A stretch of 64,000 nucleotides of DNA from Escherichia coli. GTDB lineage: Bacteria; Pseudomonadota; Gammaproteobacteria; Enterobacterales; Enterobacteriaceae. The notes beneath the pieces are model-generated. The model searched no databases. It had not been told where the DNA came from and worked only from the letters and a program-made list of their open reading frames with translations. Location of the stretch: NCBI RefSeq assembly GCF_044324875.1, contig NZ_CP172185.1; one strand, given 5' to 3'. The position numbers were made by a program, and so were the translations under genes. Positions within the stretch are counted from its first letter, which is position 1. Every line of letters begins with the position of its first letter. Positions 12,535-25,709 of this stretch are shown in pieces.

Positions 12535-13054
12535 TTCTTTGACCGATTGTTGTTCACAGCGAAACAGTAACGCGCATATCGCATTGTTTATTGTTTTTTC
12601 TAACATCTAATGCCGGGTTTCACAATGTTGTCATGACGAATGTGGCGATTTCTCAGCAGGAAAAGGGCGGAATAGCTTTATGAGAAAGGTGAATTTCCCT
12701 AAACAGAGCGTTTTTTTTCAGCGATTCCCTTTAAAGTGAACAGAGGACGTGTTGGCTATTTGTGCTTATTTTTGTCTCATTGCCATTTGTTATTTTTGCT
12801 TGTGGTCGCGGAATTTCATTTTTAATTGCATGCGTACTAACCATCAATATAAGGAAATCCTCAAAATTGTTTTAAATAGTGCCCTCGACATGTAATTTCA
12901 GGCGTTTAGCTGTAACGATTTATATCGGCAACTATTTTCTACGCGTCATCTCTGTAGAATGGCCACCGCCAAATGGCGAATTCTTATTTTTTCTCGCGGG
13001 TAATACCCTTCCACTACTTAAGTCTTTTTAACGTATTCAGGTGGAGATTCAGTT

Positions 13055-13657
13055 ATGCAAATAGTCATGTTTGACAGGCAGTCAATATTTATTCATGGAA
13101 TGAAAATCAGTTTACAGCAACGTATTCCAGGAGTGAGTATTCAGGGGGCCAGTCAGGCAGATGAGTTATGGCAAAAGCTGGAAAGTTACCCTGAAGCCTT
13201 AGTGATGCTCGATGGCGATCAGGATGGTGAGTTTTGTTACTGGTTGCTGCAAAAAACCGTGGTGCAATTTCCTGAGGTTAAGGTGTTAATTACGGCGACG
13301 GATTGCAATAAACGGTGGTTACAGGAAGTTATCCATTTTAATGTGCTGGCCATTGTGCCTCGTGATTCAACCGTCGAGACATTTGCGTTGGCGGTAAATA
13401 GTGCGGCGATGGGGATGATGTTTCTGCCTGGAGACTGGCGGACGACGCCGGAAAAGGACATTAAAGATCTCAAATCGTTAAGCGCCCGCCAGCGGGAGAT
13501 TTTAACCATGTTAGCGGCGGGCGAATCAAATAAGGAGATCGGCAGGGCGCTGAATATCAGTACCGGAACGGTAAAAGCGCATCTGGAATCCCTGTATCGC
13601 CGTCTGGAAGTGAAAAATCGCACCCAGGCGGCAATGATGTTAAATATCTCCTCCTGA
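13055..13657 (+). CDS. yhjB: LuxR/FixJ-family response-regulator-like protein YhjB
   Basis: 200-aa ORF; C-terminal LuxR-type HTH (LSARQREILTMLAAGESNKEIGRALNISTGTVKAH). Confidence 0.9.
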   Translation: MQIVMFDRQSIFIHGMKISLQQRIPGVSIQGASQADELWQKLESYPEALVMLDGDQDGEFCYWLLQKTVVQFPEVKVLITATDCNKRWLQEVIHFNVLAIVPRDSTVETFALAVNSAAMGMMFLPGDWRTTPEKDIKDLKSLSARQREILTMLAAGESNKEIGRALNISTGTVKAHLESLYRRLEVKNRTQAAMMLNISS

Positions 13658-13707
13658 AGAGGATAATTTTACAGCCAGCAGGAAGTTAGCGGCTGGCTGT
13701 AAAAATA

Positions 13708-15387
<1,680 letters not shown>

Positions 15388-15640
15388 TTATCGGGCTTTT
15401 CTTTAAGGGTAGTCATTCGCTCCGCCTGGTGGGCGACAAAGCGTGCGGTGGATCACGTTTATTAACCTGTCAAAAAATATAACGCACTAATATCCATGGA
15501 ATTTATAAAAATACAGATTTCGTGTTGTTTTTCATTTTCAGAACATTCAATCCTGCTCTCGCCGCAATCATGATATGCCATTCCTGATCTGGATAATAGG
15601 CATAGGCTATCTTATTGATAGTTTATATTCATGTAATTGA

Positions 15641-15654
15641 TTGATTCCTATCAA
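15641..15654. promoter_or_regulatory. FNR-consensus site upstream of yhjA
   Basis: ttgattcctatcaa is an exact TTGAT-N4-ATCAA match about 108 bp upstream of the yhjA start; yhjA is reported to be FNR/OxyR-regulated. Confidence 0.6.
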
Positions 15655-15761
15655 AAAGCGTATCTCCCTGTTTTTTATGATGGCTTTGTCTCGCAGAGAC
15701 GTTTGCAGCATTCTGGAAAATTTTCTGGGTCACAATAACTCACCACCGTGAGGGAAGAATA

Positions 15762-17159
15762 ATGAAAATGGTCTCACGTATTACCGCGATCGGCCTGGCT
15801 GGCGTCGCGATTTGCTATTTAGGGTTATCTGGTTATGTGTGGTACCACGATAATAAACGCAGTAAACAGGCCGATGTTCAGGCATCTGCTGTCAGTGAAA
15901 ATAATCAGGTTTTAGGCTTTCTCCGCGAAAAAGGATGCGACTATTGCCACACGCCTTCGGCAGAATTACCCGCCTATTATTATATTCCTGGCGCGAAACA
16001 GTTGATGGATTACGACATTAAGCTTGGATATAAATCTTTTAACCTCGAGGCCGTGCGTGCGGCTCTGCTGGCTGATAAACCCGTTTCGCAAAGCGATCTG
16101 AATAAGATTGAATGGGTGATGCAGTATGAAACCATGCCACCAACGCGTTATACCGCGCTACACTGGGCGGGTAAGGTGAGTGATGAAGAGCGGGCGGAAA
16201 TACTCGCCTGGATTGCAAAACAGCGCGCGGAATATTACGCCAGCAATGACATTGCTCCGGAGCATCGCAATGAACCGGTGCAGCCCATCCCGCAAAAACT
16301 GCCTACCGATGCGCAAAAAGTGGCGTTGGGCTTTGCGCTGTATCACGATCCCCGTTTATCGGCGGATAGCACCATTTCATGCGCTCATTGCCATGCGTTG
16401 AATGCGGGGGGCGTCGATGGCAGAAAAACATCGATTGGTGTTGGTGGCGCAGTGGGGCCGATTAACGCGCCGACGGTATTTAACTCAGTATTTAACGTTG
16501 AGCAGTTCTGGGATGGTCGTGCGGCAACATTGCAGGATCAGGCTGGTGGACCGCCGTTGAATCCGATTGAAATGGCGTCGAAATCCTGGGACGAAATTAT
16601 TGCTAAGCTGGAAAAAGATCCGCAGCTTAAAGCGCAGTTCCTTGAAGTCTATCCGCAAGGTTTCAGTGGCGAAAATATTACTGATGCCATTGCTGAATTT
16701 GAGAAAACATTAATTACGCCGGATTCCCCATTTGATAAATGGTTGCGTGGAGATGAGAATGCGCTGACGGCACAACAGAAAAAAGGCTATCAATTATTCA
16801 AAGATAATAAATGTGCAACTTGTCATGGTGGTATTATTCTCGGCGGACGTTCCTTCGAACCGTTGGGGCTGAAAAAAGACTTTAACTTTGGTGAAATTAC
16901 GGCGGCGGATATTGGTCGTATGAATGTTACTAAAGAAGAGCGCGATAAATTGCGTCAGAAAGTACCCGGTTTACGTAACGTTGCACTAACGGCACCGTAC
17001 TTCCATCGCGGTGATGTGCCGACGCTGGACGGGGCGGTGAAACTGATGTTGCGCTATCAGGTAGGCAAAGAGCTGCCGCAGGAGGATGTGGATGATATCG
17101 TAGCTTTCCTGCACAGTCTGAACGGGGTTTACACGCCGTATATGCAGGATAAACAATAA
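15762..17159 (+). CDS. yhjA: Cytochrome c peroxidase YhjA (Ccp), di/tri-heme
   Basis: 465-aa ORF with CXXCH heme motifs (CDYCH, CAHCH, CATCH) and N-terminal membrane anchor. Confidence 0.93.
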   Translation: MKMVSRITAIGLAGVAICYLGLSGYVWYHDNKRSKQADVQASAVSENNQVLGFLREKGCDYCHTPSAELPAYYYIPGAKQLMDYDIKLGYKSFNLEAVRAALLADKPVSQSDLNKIEWVMQYETMPPTRYTALHWAGKVSDEERAEILAWIAKQRAEYYASNDIAPEHRNEPVQPIPQKLPTDAQKVALGFALYHDPRLSADSTISCAHCHALNAGGVDGRKTSIGVGGAVGPINAPTVFNSVFNVEQFWDGRAATLQDQAGGPPLNPIEMASKSWDEIIAKLEKDPQLKAQFLEVYPQGFSGENITDAIAEFEKTLITPDSPFDKWLRGDENALTAQQKKGYQLFKDNKCATCHGGIILGGRSFEPLGLKKDFNFGEITAADIGRMNVTKEERDKLRQKVPGLRNVALTAPYFHRGDVPTLDGAVKLMLRYQVGKELPQEDVDDIVAFLHSLNGVYTPYMQDKQ

Positions 17160-17171
17160 TTAATTTAATCG

Positions 17172-17200
17172 CCCGAACAGGAATGTTCGGGTGATTTTTA
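17172..17200 (+). terminator. Rho-independent terminator after yhjA
   Basis: hairpin cccgaacaggaatgttcggg followed by tgattttta. Confidence 0.7.
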
Positions 17201-17270
17201 TTGCGATAATAAAGTCTGTTTTTAATATTATCATGTTAAATGTTTATATTATAAAAAGTCGTTTTTCTGC

Positions 17271-17290
17271 TTAGGATTTTGTTATTTAAA
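17271..17290. promoter_or_regulatory. GAD box (GadE/GadX binding site) upstream of gadA
   Basis: ttaggattttgttatttaaa is an exact match to the 20-bp GAD box as I recall it, about 80 bp upstream of the gadA ATG. Confidence 0.8.
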
Positions 17291-17369
17291 TTAAGCCCGT
17301 AATGCCTTGCTTCCATTGCGGATAAATCCTACTTTTTTATTGCCTTCAAATAAATTTAAGGAGTTCGAA

Positions 17370-18770
17370 ATGGACCAGAAGCTGTTAACGGATTTCCGCT
17401 CAGAACTACTCGATTCACGTTTTGGCGCAAAGGCCATTTCTACTATCGCGGAGTCAAAACGATTTCCGCTGCATGAAATGCGCGATGATGTCGCATTCCA
17501 GATTATCAATGATGAATTATATCTTGATGGCAACGCTCGTCAGAACCTGGCCACTTTTTGCCAGACCTGGGACGACGAAAACGTCCATAAATTGATGGAT
17601 TTGTCGATCAATAAAAACTGGATCGACAAAGAAGAATATCCGCAATCTGCAGCCATCGACCTGCGTTGCGTAAACATGGTTGCCGATCTGTGGCATGCGC
17701 CTGCGCCGAAAAATGGTCAGGCCGTTGGCACCAACACCATTGGTTCTTCCGAGGCCTGTATGCTCGGCGGGATGGCGATGAAATGGCGTTGGCGCAAGCG
17801 TATGGAAGCCGCAGGTAAGCCGACCAACAAACCAAACCTGGTGTGCGGTCCGGTACAAATCTGCTGGCATAAATTTGCCCGCTACTGGGATGTGGAGCTG
17901 CGTGAGATCCCTATGCGCCCCGGTCAGTTGTTTATGGACCCGAAACGCATGATTGAAGCCTGCGACGAAAACACCATCGGCGTGGTGCCGACTTTTGGCG
18001 TGACCTACACCGGTAACTATGAGTTCCCGCAGCCGCTGCACGATGCGCTGGATAAATTCCAGGCCGACACCGGTATCGACATCGACATGCACATCGACGC
18101 TGCCAGCGGTGGCTTCCTGGCACCGTTCGTTGCCCCGGATATCGTCTGGGACTTCCGCCTGCCGCGTGTGAAATCGATCAGTGCTTCAGGCCATAAATTC
18201 GGTCTGGCTCCGCTGGGCTGCGGCTGGGTTATCTGGCGTGATGAAGAAGCGCTGCCGCAGGAACTGGTGTTCAACGTTGACTACCTCGGTGGTCAGATTG
18301 GGACTTTCGCCATCAACTTCTCCCGCCCGGCGGGTCAGGTAATTGCACAGTACTATGAATTCCTGCGCCTCGGTCGTGAAGGCTATACCAAAGTACAGAA
18401 CGCCTCTTACCAGGTTGCCGCTTATCTGGCGGATGAAATCGCCAAACTGGGGCCGTATGAGTTCATCTGTACCGGTCGCCCGGACGAAGGCATCCCGGCG
18501 GTTTGCTTCAAACTGAAAGAGGGTGAAGATCCGGGATACACCCTGTACGACCTCTCTGAACGTCTGCGTCTGCGCGGCTGGCAGGTTCCGGCCTTCACTC
18601 TCGGCGGTGAAGCCACCGACATCGTGGTGATGCGCATTATGTGTCGTCGCGGCTTCGAAATGGACTTTGCTGAACTGTTGCTGGAAGACTACAAAGCCTC
18701 CCTGAAATATCTCAGCGATCACCCGAAACTGCAGGGTATTGCCCAGCAGAACAGCTTTAAACACACCTGA
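17370..18770 (+). CDS. gadA: Glutamate decarboxylase A (PLP-dependent)
   Basis: ORF 17307..18770 trimmed to ATG 17370 ([21 protein letters not shown]...), 466 aa; adjacent to gadX, so the gadA rather than gadB paralog. Confidence 0.95.
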   Translation: MDQKLLTDFRSELLDSRFGAKAISTIAESKRFPLHEMRDDVAFQIINDELYLDGNARQNLATFCQTWDDENVHKLMDLSINKNWIDKEEYPQSAAIDLRCVNMVADLWHAPAPKNGQAVGTNTIGSSEACMLGGMAMKWRWRKRMEAAGKPTNKPNLVCGPVQICWHKFARYWDVELREIPMRPGQLFMDPKRMIEACDENTIGVVPTFGVTYTGNYEFPQPLHDALDKFQADTGIDIDMHIDAASGGFLAPFVAPDIVWDFRLPRVKSISASGHKFGLAPLGCGWVIWRDEEALPQELVFNVDYLGGQIGTFAINFSRPAGQVIAQYYEFLRLGREGYTKVQNASYQVAAYLADEIAKLGPYEFICTGRPDEGIPAVCFKLKEGEDPGYTLYDLSERLRLRGWQVPAFTLGGEATDIVVMRIMCRRGFEMDFAELLLEDYKASLKYLSDHPKLQGIAQQNSFKHT

Positions 18771-18789
18771 TAACATAACGTTGTAAAAA

Positions 18790-18836
18790 CCGAATGCCCA
18801 ACCTTTAAAAAACAGTTGGGCATTCGGTTGCTTATT
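18790..18836 (+). terminator. Rho-independent terminator after gadA
   Basis: hairpin ccgaatgcccaac...gttgggcattcgg followed by ttgcttatt. Confidence 0.7.
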
Positions 18837-19129
18837 AATCGCAATAATATATTGGCTGTCTATTCATCGTGTTGATAAGATATATGTTATATGAATGTTT
18901 ATTCAGTGTAACGGATATTTTTAATGTCACTACAAGGTATTATTTGCTTGCTATTAATTTCACTGCGTTCTTAAGCACGCCTTTTGTATTATAAATCCAG
19001 TCATCCTGCCCGTAGATTATCATCCTGTTTTCCCGCTTCGTTAAAATTTATTTATCAATCAATTTGACTTAAGAGGGCGGCGTGCTACATTAATAAACAG
19101 TAATATGTTTATGTAATATTAAGTCAACT

Positions 19130-19954
19130 ATGCAACCACTACATGGTAATTGTCTAATTGCGTACGCAAGACATAAATATATTCTCACCATGGTTAATGG
19201 TGAATATCGCTATTTTAATGGCGGTGATCTGGTTTTTGCGGATGCAAGCCAAATTCAAGTGGATAAGTGTGTTGAGAATTTCGTATTAGTTTCAAGAGAC
19301 ACGCTTTCATTATTTCTCCCGATGCTCAAGGAGGAGGCATTAAAACTTCATGCACATAAAAAAGTTCCTGCATTACTCGTTCATCACTGTACCAGAGATA
19401 TTCCTGTTTTTCAGGAAGTTGCGCAACTATCGCAGAATAAGAATCTTCGCTATGCAGAAATGCTACGTAAAAGGGCATTAATCTTTGCGTTGTTATCTGT
19501 TTTTCTTGAGGATACGCAGTTTATACCGTTACTTCTGAACGTGTTGCAACCGAATATGCGAACACGAGTTTGTACGGTCATCAATAATAATATCGCCCAT
19601 GAGTGGACATTAGCCCGAATCGCTAGCGAATTGTTGATGAGTCCAAGCCTGTTAAAGAAAAAATTGCGCGAAGAAGGTACGTCATATTCACAGTTGCTTA
19701 CTGAGTGTAGAATGCAGCGTGCTTTACAACTTATTGTTATATATGGTGTTTCAATTAAGCGAGTTGCAGTATCCTGTGGATATCACAGCGTGTCGTATTT
19801 CATTTACGTTTTTCGAAATTATTATGGGATGACGCCCACAGAGTATCAGGAGCGATCGGCGCAGGAATTACCGAACTGTGGCTCGGCGGCAAGTATGGCT
19901 GCGCAAGGGAATTTTTACGGCACTGACCGTTCTACGGAAGGAATAAGATTATAG
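19130..19954 (+). CDS. gadX: AraC-family acid-resistance regulator GadX
   Basis: 274-aa ORF with C-terminal AraC-type HTH; recognised as GadX with several substitutions relative to my recollection of the K-12 protein. Confidence 0.93.
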   Translation: MQPLHGNCLIAYARHKYILTMVNGEYRYFNGGDLVFADASQIQVDKCVENFVLVSRDTLSLFLPMLKEEALKLHAHKKVPALLVHHCTRDIPVFQEVAQLSQNKNLRYAEMLRKRALIFALLSVFLEDTQFIPLLLNVLQPNMRTRVCTVINNNIAHEWTLARIASELLMSPSLLKKKLREEGTSYSQLLTECRMQRALQLIVIYGVSIKRVAVSCGYHSVSYFIYVFRNYYGMTPTEYQERSAQELPNCGSAASMAAQGNFYGTDRSTEGIRL

Positions 19955-19970
19955 AGTTTTACTCAGACAT

Positions 19971-20076
19971 AAAAAAAACCCGGCATAGGGGACCGGGAAG
20001 AGGATAGTCTGCCGTCTCCAGACTAATAAACCGTTATAACACTCCCTGTTGGCACGGGAAACTTTGTGCTCTCAGT
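19971..20076 (-). ncRNA. gadY: GadY small RNA, antisense to the gadX 3' end
   Basis: minus strand reads actgagagcacaaagtttcccgtgccaacagggagtgttataacgg...cccggtcccctatgccgggtttttttt, matching the GadY sequence I recall, with an intrinsic terminator. Confidence 0.8.
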
Positions 20077-20322
20077 AAGTTAAATATAACTTTTACTGGA
20101 AATAAGATCAGCCATTTTTTTATAAACATAAGCTATACGCTGTGCGAAAATATATTCGTGCTGCATTTACTTATTATCAATTAACTGTTATGCAAAACTA
20201 CTTTGTGGATAAATTTTGGTCCTACCAAATCTGGCAGTTTTTGCGCTAAGAAACAGTCTGGCATCATTTCATTAGTATACTGAAATTGAAATAATCGCAG
20301 TAATGAAATATAAGGGATAGTC

Positions 20323-21051
20323 ATGACTCATGTCTGCTCGGTGATCCTCGTTCGTCGTTCATTCGATATTTATCATGAACAGCAAAAAATATCGTTGCAC
20401 AACGAGAGTATCCTGTTACTGGATAAAAATTTGGCAGACGATTTTACGTTTTGTTCACCGGATACGCGACGACTGGATATCGATGAGCTGACAGTTTGCC
20501 ATTACTTACAAAATATTCGTCAGATACCACGCAATTTAGGGTTACATAGCAAAGACCGTCTGTTAATTAACCAGTCACCCCCCATGCCGCTGGTGACGGC
20601 GATTTTTGATAGTTTCAATGACTCCGGGGTAAATTCGCCGATACTGAGCAAAATGCTCTATCTTTCCTGTTTATCGATGTTTTCTCATAAGAAAGAACTG
20701 ATCCCCTTACTTTTCAATAGTATCAGTACTGTTTCAGGAAAAGTTGAACGCCTTATTAGCTTTGATATCGCCAAACGTTGGTATCTGCGCGATATTGCGG
20801 AAAGAATGTATACCAGCGAGAGTCTAATCAAAAAAAAGTTGCAGGATGAAAATACCTGTTTCAGTAAAATATTACTCGCCTCCAGGATGTCGATGGCCAG
20901 ACGATTACTCGAGTTACGTCAAATTCCTCTGCATACTATTGCGGAAAAATGTGGCTATAGCAGTACATCGTACTTTATAAACACATTTCGACAATATTAT
21001 GGTGTAACGCCACATCAGTTTGCGCAACATTCGCCAGGTACCTTTTCCTGA
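20323..21051 (+). CDS. gadW: AraC-family acid-resistance regulator GadW
   Basis: 242-aa ORF (MTHVCSVIL...), AraC-type HTH; recognised as GadW. Confidence 0.93.
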   Translation: MTHVCSVILVRRSFDIYHEQQKISLHNESILLLDKNLADDFTFCSPDTRRLDIDELTVCHYLQNIRQIPRNLGLHSKDRLLINQSPPMPLVTAIFDSFNDSGVNSPILSKMLYLSCLSMFSHKKELIPLLFNSISTVSGKVERLISFDIAKRWYLRDIAERMYTSESLIKKKLQDENTCFSKILLASRMSMARRLLELRQIPLHTIAEKCGYSSTSYFINTFRQYYGVTPHQFAQHSPGTFS

Positions 21052-21413
21052 CATATTTTGCATTTGAATATTGGTCAGGATCTCACACCTGCTTCATGTG
21101 AAACTCTTCCCTGATGATTTCTGCCGGGCTACCGGCTAGTTCTCTTTCGCAGTTTGCCAGGCGGTATAGGTATTTTCAGGAGGAAAAGACTCGGCATGTT
21201 TGGGATTATTAAGCTGACAATTCATACGATTACGGGAATGTGGGTCAGTATTGTGTTGTTTAAATTGATGACGAATGGCTGGAGTGGTTTCTACTTTCAG
21301 TGCTGTGTACTAAGCCTGGTATTCCTGACGGTTAGCTGGTTGTTGAGTGGTGAATGGTTAGCAGGAAAGAGTAAGGCTGAACCCTCACGTTCAACCTTAC
21401 TCTCATTTACACG

Positions 21414-24400
21414 TTACGCTTTTTTAAAGCGGGCAAAGAGATGTTCCACTACAACGAAAAAGACCGGAACGAAGTAAATTGCCAGCACTGTTGCGGCAAA
21501 CATCCCGCCCATCACGCCGGTACCTACCGCGTTTTGCGCGCCAGAACCGGCACCATGACTGATAACCAGCGGCAGCACGCCGAGAATAAAGGCCAGAGAG
21601 GTCATCAGGATTGGGCGTAAACGCATTCGCGCCGCTTCGATGATCGCCTCTATCGGCGTTTTCCCTTCTTTCTGCATCATCTCAACGGCAAATTCGACAA
21701 TCAGGATGGCGTTTTTGGCGGAAAGCCCGATGGTGGTCAGCAAACCAACCTGGAAGTAGACGTCATTACTTAAGCCGCGTAGATCGGTGGCCAGTAATGC
21801 GCCAACGACGCCTAACGGTACAACCAACATCACCGAGAACGGAATTGACCAGCTCTCATAAAGTGCGGCGAGGGCGAGGAACACCACGACCAGTGAAATG
21901 GCATACAGCGCGGGAGCCTGGTTTGAGGATAACGCTTCCTGATACGACAGTCCGGTCCATGAGTAGCCGACGCCTGCCGGAAGTTTAGCGACCAGGTCTG
22001 CCATAAATTTCATGGCGTCACCGGTACTTTTCCCGGCCGCCGCTTCACCTAAAATCTCCATTGACGGGATGCCGTTGTAGCGTTCCAGTCGCGGTGAACC
22101 ATAGGTCCATTCGGTAGACGAATAGGCAGAAAGCGGTGCCATCGTGCCAGAGGCGTTGCGTACATACCACTGGTTGATGTTATCCGGCAACATACGGAAC
22201 GGCGTGCCTGCCTGGACATACACTTTTTTCACCCGCCCCTGGTTGAGGAAGTCGTTCACGTAGCTGCTGCCGAAGGCGGTGGAAATTGTCTGGTTGATAT
22301 CAGACAGCGCCACACCCATTGCCTCGGCTTTCGCGGCGTTGACGTTCACTTTGAACATCGGTGTATCTTCCAGGCCGTTCGGGCGTACCCCGGTGACTTG
22401 ATTCGGTGATTGCGCTGCCAGTGATAATAGCTCGTTTCGCGCCTGGGTCAGTTTTTCGTGTCCCAGGTTGCCGTTGTCCAGCAGTTCCATATCAAAACCT
22501 GACGCGGTACCCAGTTCAGCCACCGCGGGTAAGTTGAACGGGAAGACGACGGCTTTATTGATACTGCTTAACGCAATCATTGCCCGCTGAATGATCGCGG
22601 TAACCGAGTTTTCCTCACCGACACGTTCAGACCACGGTTTGAGGCTGATAAACGCCAGACCGTTGTTTTGCCCCTGGCCGCTGAAGCCAAAGCCGCCAAC
22701 GGTAAACACCGACTGAACATTATCTTTCTCTTTAGTCAGATAATAATCCGTCACCTGTTGCAGCACTTTCGTGGTGTTAACCATGGTGGCACCGGAAGGT
22801 AACTGCGCGGTGGTCATAAATACCCCCTGATCCTCTTCTGGTAAGAAAGAGGTCGGCGTGCGCAGGAACAGCACCGCCATCCCGGCGCAAATCAGCAGGT
22901 AGACCACCATGTAGCGACCGGTACAACGCAACAGCGAGCGGGTGCTGTCGGTATAGTGCTGAGTTGATTTTTCAAACAGTGTGTTGAAGCGTGCGAACAG
23001 GGCGTTAGGTTTGTGACCACCTTCCGGCGCGGCTTTCAGAATGGTGGCGCACAGGGCAGGGGTCAGGCTCATTGCCACAAATACTGAAAGCAGCATGGAG
23101 GAGATCAGCGTGATGGAGAACTGGCGGTAGATCTCCCCGGTTGCACCGCTCATAAAGGCCATCGGCATAAACACTGCGGAAAGAACAACGGCAATCCCGA
23201 CCAGCGCACGTTGGATCTGCCCCATCGATTTATGCGTCGCTTCCTTCGGCGGTAGCTTATCTTCTGCAATGACACGCTCGACGTTCTCCACCACCACGAT
23301 GGCGTCATCCACCAGTAACCCTATCGCCAGCACCATCCCGAACATAGTTAACGTGTTGATGGTGAAACCGACCGCCGACAAGATCGCAAACGTCCCGAGA
23401 ATAACCACCGGTACGGCAATCGTCGGGATGATTGTGGCACGGAAATTCTGCAAAAACAGATACATGACCAGGAAGACGAGGATGATAGCCTCAACCAGTG
23501 TTTTAAAAACTTCCTGAATAGAAATTTCGATAAACGGCGTGGTGTCGTAAGGATAAACCGTCTTCAGACTTGCGGGGAAATAGGCTGATAAGCGGTTCAG
23601 CTCCTCTTTGACTGCCCGTGAGGTATCCAGGGCGTTTGCTCCGGTAGCCAGTTTGATGGCGATCCCGGCAGCAGGTTTGCCGTTATAGCGCGCCACGGTG
23701 GAATAATCTTCCGCTCCAAGTTCGACGCGGGCGACATCACGCAGCAGCACTTGCGAACCATCTTGCTGAACTTTCAACAGGATTTTGCCAAATTCTTCCG
23801 GCGTTTGCAGACGCGTCTGCACAATGATCGAGGCGTTTAGTTGCTGGTCTGCCGCCTGTGGCATGCCACCCAGTTGACCACCGGAAATCTGGTTGTTTTG
23901 CACCTTAATCTGGGAAATAACATCGGAAGGTACCAGATTGTATTTATTGAGTTTTTGCGGGTCCAGCCAGATACGCATGGCGTACTCGGAACCAAAGAGC
24001 TGTACGCTACCAACGCCCGCGGTACGGCTTAGCGGGTCTTTGATATTAGACGCTACATAGTCCGCGATATCGTACTGGTTGAGGCTGCCGTTATCAGAAA
24101 TAAACGCCGCTACCATCAGGATATTACTGCTCGACTTATCGACGCTAATCCCCTGCTGCTGCACCGCTTCAGGTAATGAAGGCATAGCGAGTTGCAGTTT
24201 ATTTTGCACCTGAACCTGTGCGATATCAGGCGATGTCCCAGTCTCGAAGGTCAGAGTAATAGAGGCATTACCCGCCGCATCACTGGTTGAAGACATGTAC
24301 ATCAGGCCATCAAGCCCATTCATATTTTGCTCAATCACCTGAGTGACCGAGTCTTCTACCGTTTGCGCATCGGCACCTGGATAGGTAGCGCTGATGGTAA

Positions 24401-24527
24401 TGGTCGGTGGCGCAATCTGCGGATACTGCGCAACCGGTAAGTTCATGATTGCCAGACCGCCTGCAAGCATCATAATAATGGCAAGTACCCAGGCAAAAAC
24501 CGGGCGATCAATAAAATAGTTAGCCAT
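21414..24527 (-). CDS. mdtF: RND multidrug efflux pump inner-membrane subunit MdtF
   Basis: 1037-aa ORF, AcrB-like RND transporter; follows mdtE in the same orientation. Confidence 0.95.
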   Translation of the reverse strand: MANYFIDRPVFAWVLAIIMMLAGGLAIMNLPVAQYPQIAPPTITISATYPGADAQTVEDSVTQVIEQNMNGLDGLMYMSSTSDAAGNASITLTFETGTSPDIAQVQVQNKLQLAMPSLPEAVQQQGISVDKSSSNILMVAAFISDNGSLNQYDIADYVASNIKDPLSRTAGVGSVQLFGSEYAMRIWLDPQKLNKYNLVPSDVISQIKVQNNQISGGQLGGMPQAADQQLNASIIVQTRLQTPEEFGKILLKVQQDGSQVLLRDVARVELGAEDYSTVARYNGKPAAGIAIKLATGANALDTSRAVKEELNRLSAYFPASLKTVYPYDTTPFIEISIQEVFKTLVEAIILVFLVMYLFLQNFRATIIPTIAVPVVILGTFAILSAVGFTINTLTMFGMVLAIGLLVDDAIVVVENVERVIAEDKLPPKEATHKSMGQIQRALVGIAVVLSAVFMPMAFMSGATGEIYRQFSITLISSMLLSVFVAMSLTPALCATILKAAPEGGHKPNALFARFNTLFEKSTQHYTDSTRSLLRCTGRYMVVYLLICAGMAVLFLRTPTSFLPEEDQGVFMTTAQLPSGATMVNTTKVLQQVTDYYLTKEKDNVQSVFTVGGFGFSGQGQNNGLAFISLKPWSERVGEENSVTAIIQRAMIALSSINKAVVFPFNLPAVAELGTASGFDMELLDNGNLGHEKLTQARNELLSLAAQSPNQVTGVRPNGLEDTPMFKVNVNAAKAEAMGVALSDINQTISTAFGSSYVNDFLNQGRVKKVYVQAGTPFRMLPDNINQWYVRNASGTMAPLSAYSSTEWTYGSPRLERYNGIPSMEILGEAAAGKSTGDAMKFMADLVAKLPAGVGYSWTGLSYQEALSSNQAPALYAISLVVVFLALAALYESWSIPFSVMLVVPLGVVGALLATDLRGLSNDVYFQVGLLTTIGLSAKNAILIVEFAVEMMQKEGKTPIEAIIEAARMRLRPILMTSLAFILGVLPLVISHGAGSGAQNAVGTGVMGGMFAATVLAIYFVPVFFVVVEHLFARFKKA

Positions 24528-24551
24528 GAAAGTCCCCTTAAGCCTGCAACG

Positions 24552-25709
24552 TTATTGTTTCGATTCGGTGCTGGCGTTTTCCTGGCTGGAGGAAATTGCT
24601 CGTGCTTTGATACCCGGACGAATGCGTTGCAAACCGGAAACGATCACCCGATCGCCAGCCTGTAAGCCAGAGGTGACGACCCACTGGTCGCCGATGGCTT
24701 TGCTGGCTTCAATTTCACGTAGCTGCACGACATCGTCTTTATCCAGAATGAGCGCCGTTGCTTTACCCTGGGCGTTGTGGGTGACGCCTTCCTGCGGCAC
24801 CAGTAATACATTCTGGCGGCTACCTTCATCCACTAATGCCGTGACATACATGCCAGGCAGCAAGTCACCATTTGGGTTGGGGAAAATCGCCCGTAACGTC
24901 ACGGAGCCCGTGGTTTCATCCACCGTCGGGTCGGAGAATTTCAGCGTGCCGGTCTGGCTGTAACGTTTACCATTTTCCAGATTGAGCTGTACTGGCGTAC
25001 TGCCCTGAACCTGTTTGATTTGCCCACTGGCGACCTCTTCTTTCATACGCAAGAAATCCTGCACCGACTGCGTGAGATCGACATAAATCGGGTCCAGACG
25101 TTGTACGGTAACCAGCGAATCTGCCTGATTAGCGGTAACGAGTGCGCCGACGGTCACCGACGATTTCCCGCTGACGCCCGTAATCGGCGAGGTGACATTT
25201 GCGTATTGCAGGTTGATAGTCGCCTGTTCAACAGCCGCTTTGGCGACGGTGACATTGGCTTCTGCTTCATTCAACTGGGTGCGCGCGGTGTCGTAATCCT
25301 GACGGCTAACGTAGTTGGTCTTCAGCAACGATGCCTGGCGGTTAAAGGTGATGCGGGCATTGCTGGCGGTAGAGAGCGCTTTCGCCAGCGTGCCTTTGGC
25401 GGAGTTCAGCTCGGCCTGTAAAGGTGCAGGGTCAATCTGGTAAAGCGAATCGCCCTGGTTCACTTTATCGCCTTCGATAAAGTTGCGTTTAATGATAATA
25501 CCGCCCACCTGGGGACGTATCTCGGCAACTTCATAAGGAACGGTTCTACCGGGCAATTCGCTCAACACATTGACCGAACCGGGGGAGAGTGTGACGACAC
25601 CGACCTCAGGCGTCATGGCTGCGGCGTTTTCCGCCGATTTGTCATCGCAGGCGGTGAGCATCGCGCCGCAGAATAACAACGGTATTAACAGCTTTCTTCT
25701 TCTGTTCAT
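24552..25709 (-). CDS. mdtE: RND efflux membrane fusion (periplasmic adaptor) protein MdtE
   Basis: 385-aa ORF with lipoprotein signal (LLFCGAMLTAC); AcrA-like adaptor. Confidence 0.95.
   Translation of the reverse strand: MNRRRKLLIPLLFCGAMLTACDDKSAENAAAMTPEVGVVTLSPGSVNVLSELPGRTVPYEVAEIRPQVGGIIIKRNFIEGDKVNQGDSLYQIDPAPLQAELNSAKGTLAKALSTASNARITFNRQASLLKTNYVSRQDYDTARTQLNEAEANVTVAKAAVEQATINLQYANVTSPITGVSGKSSVTVGALVTANQADSLVTVQRLDPIYVDLTQSVQDFLRMKEEVASGQIKQVQGSTPVQLNLENGKRYSQTGTLKFSDPTVDETTGSVTLRAIFPNPNGDLLPGMYVTALVDEGSRQNVLLVPQEGVTHNAQGKATALILDKDDVVQLREIEASKAIGDQWVVTSGLQAGDRVIVSGLQRIRPGIKARAISSSQENASTESKQ

Noticed and set aside
17517-18092. 191-aa ORF on the minus strand
   Set aside because: It lies entirely within gadA on the opposite strand; gadA identity is unambiguous.
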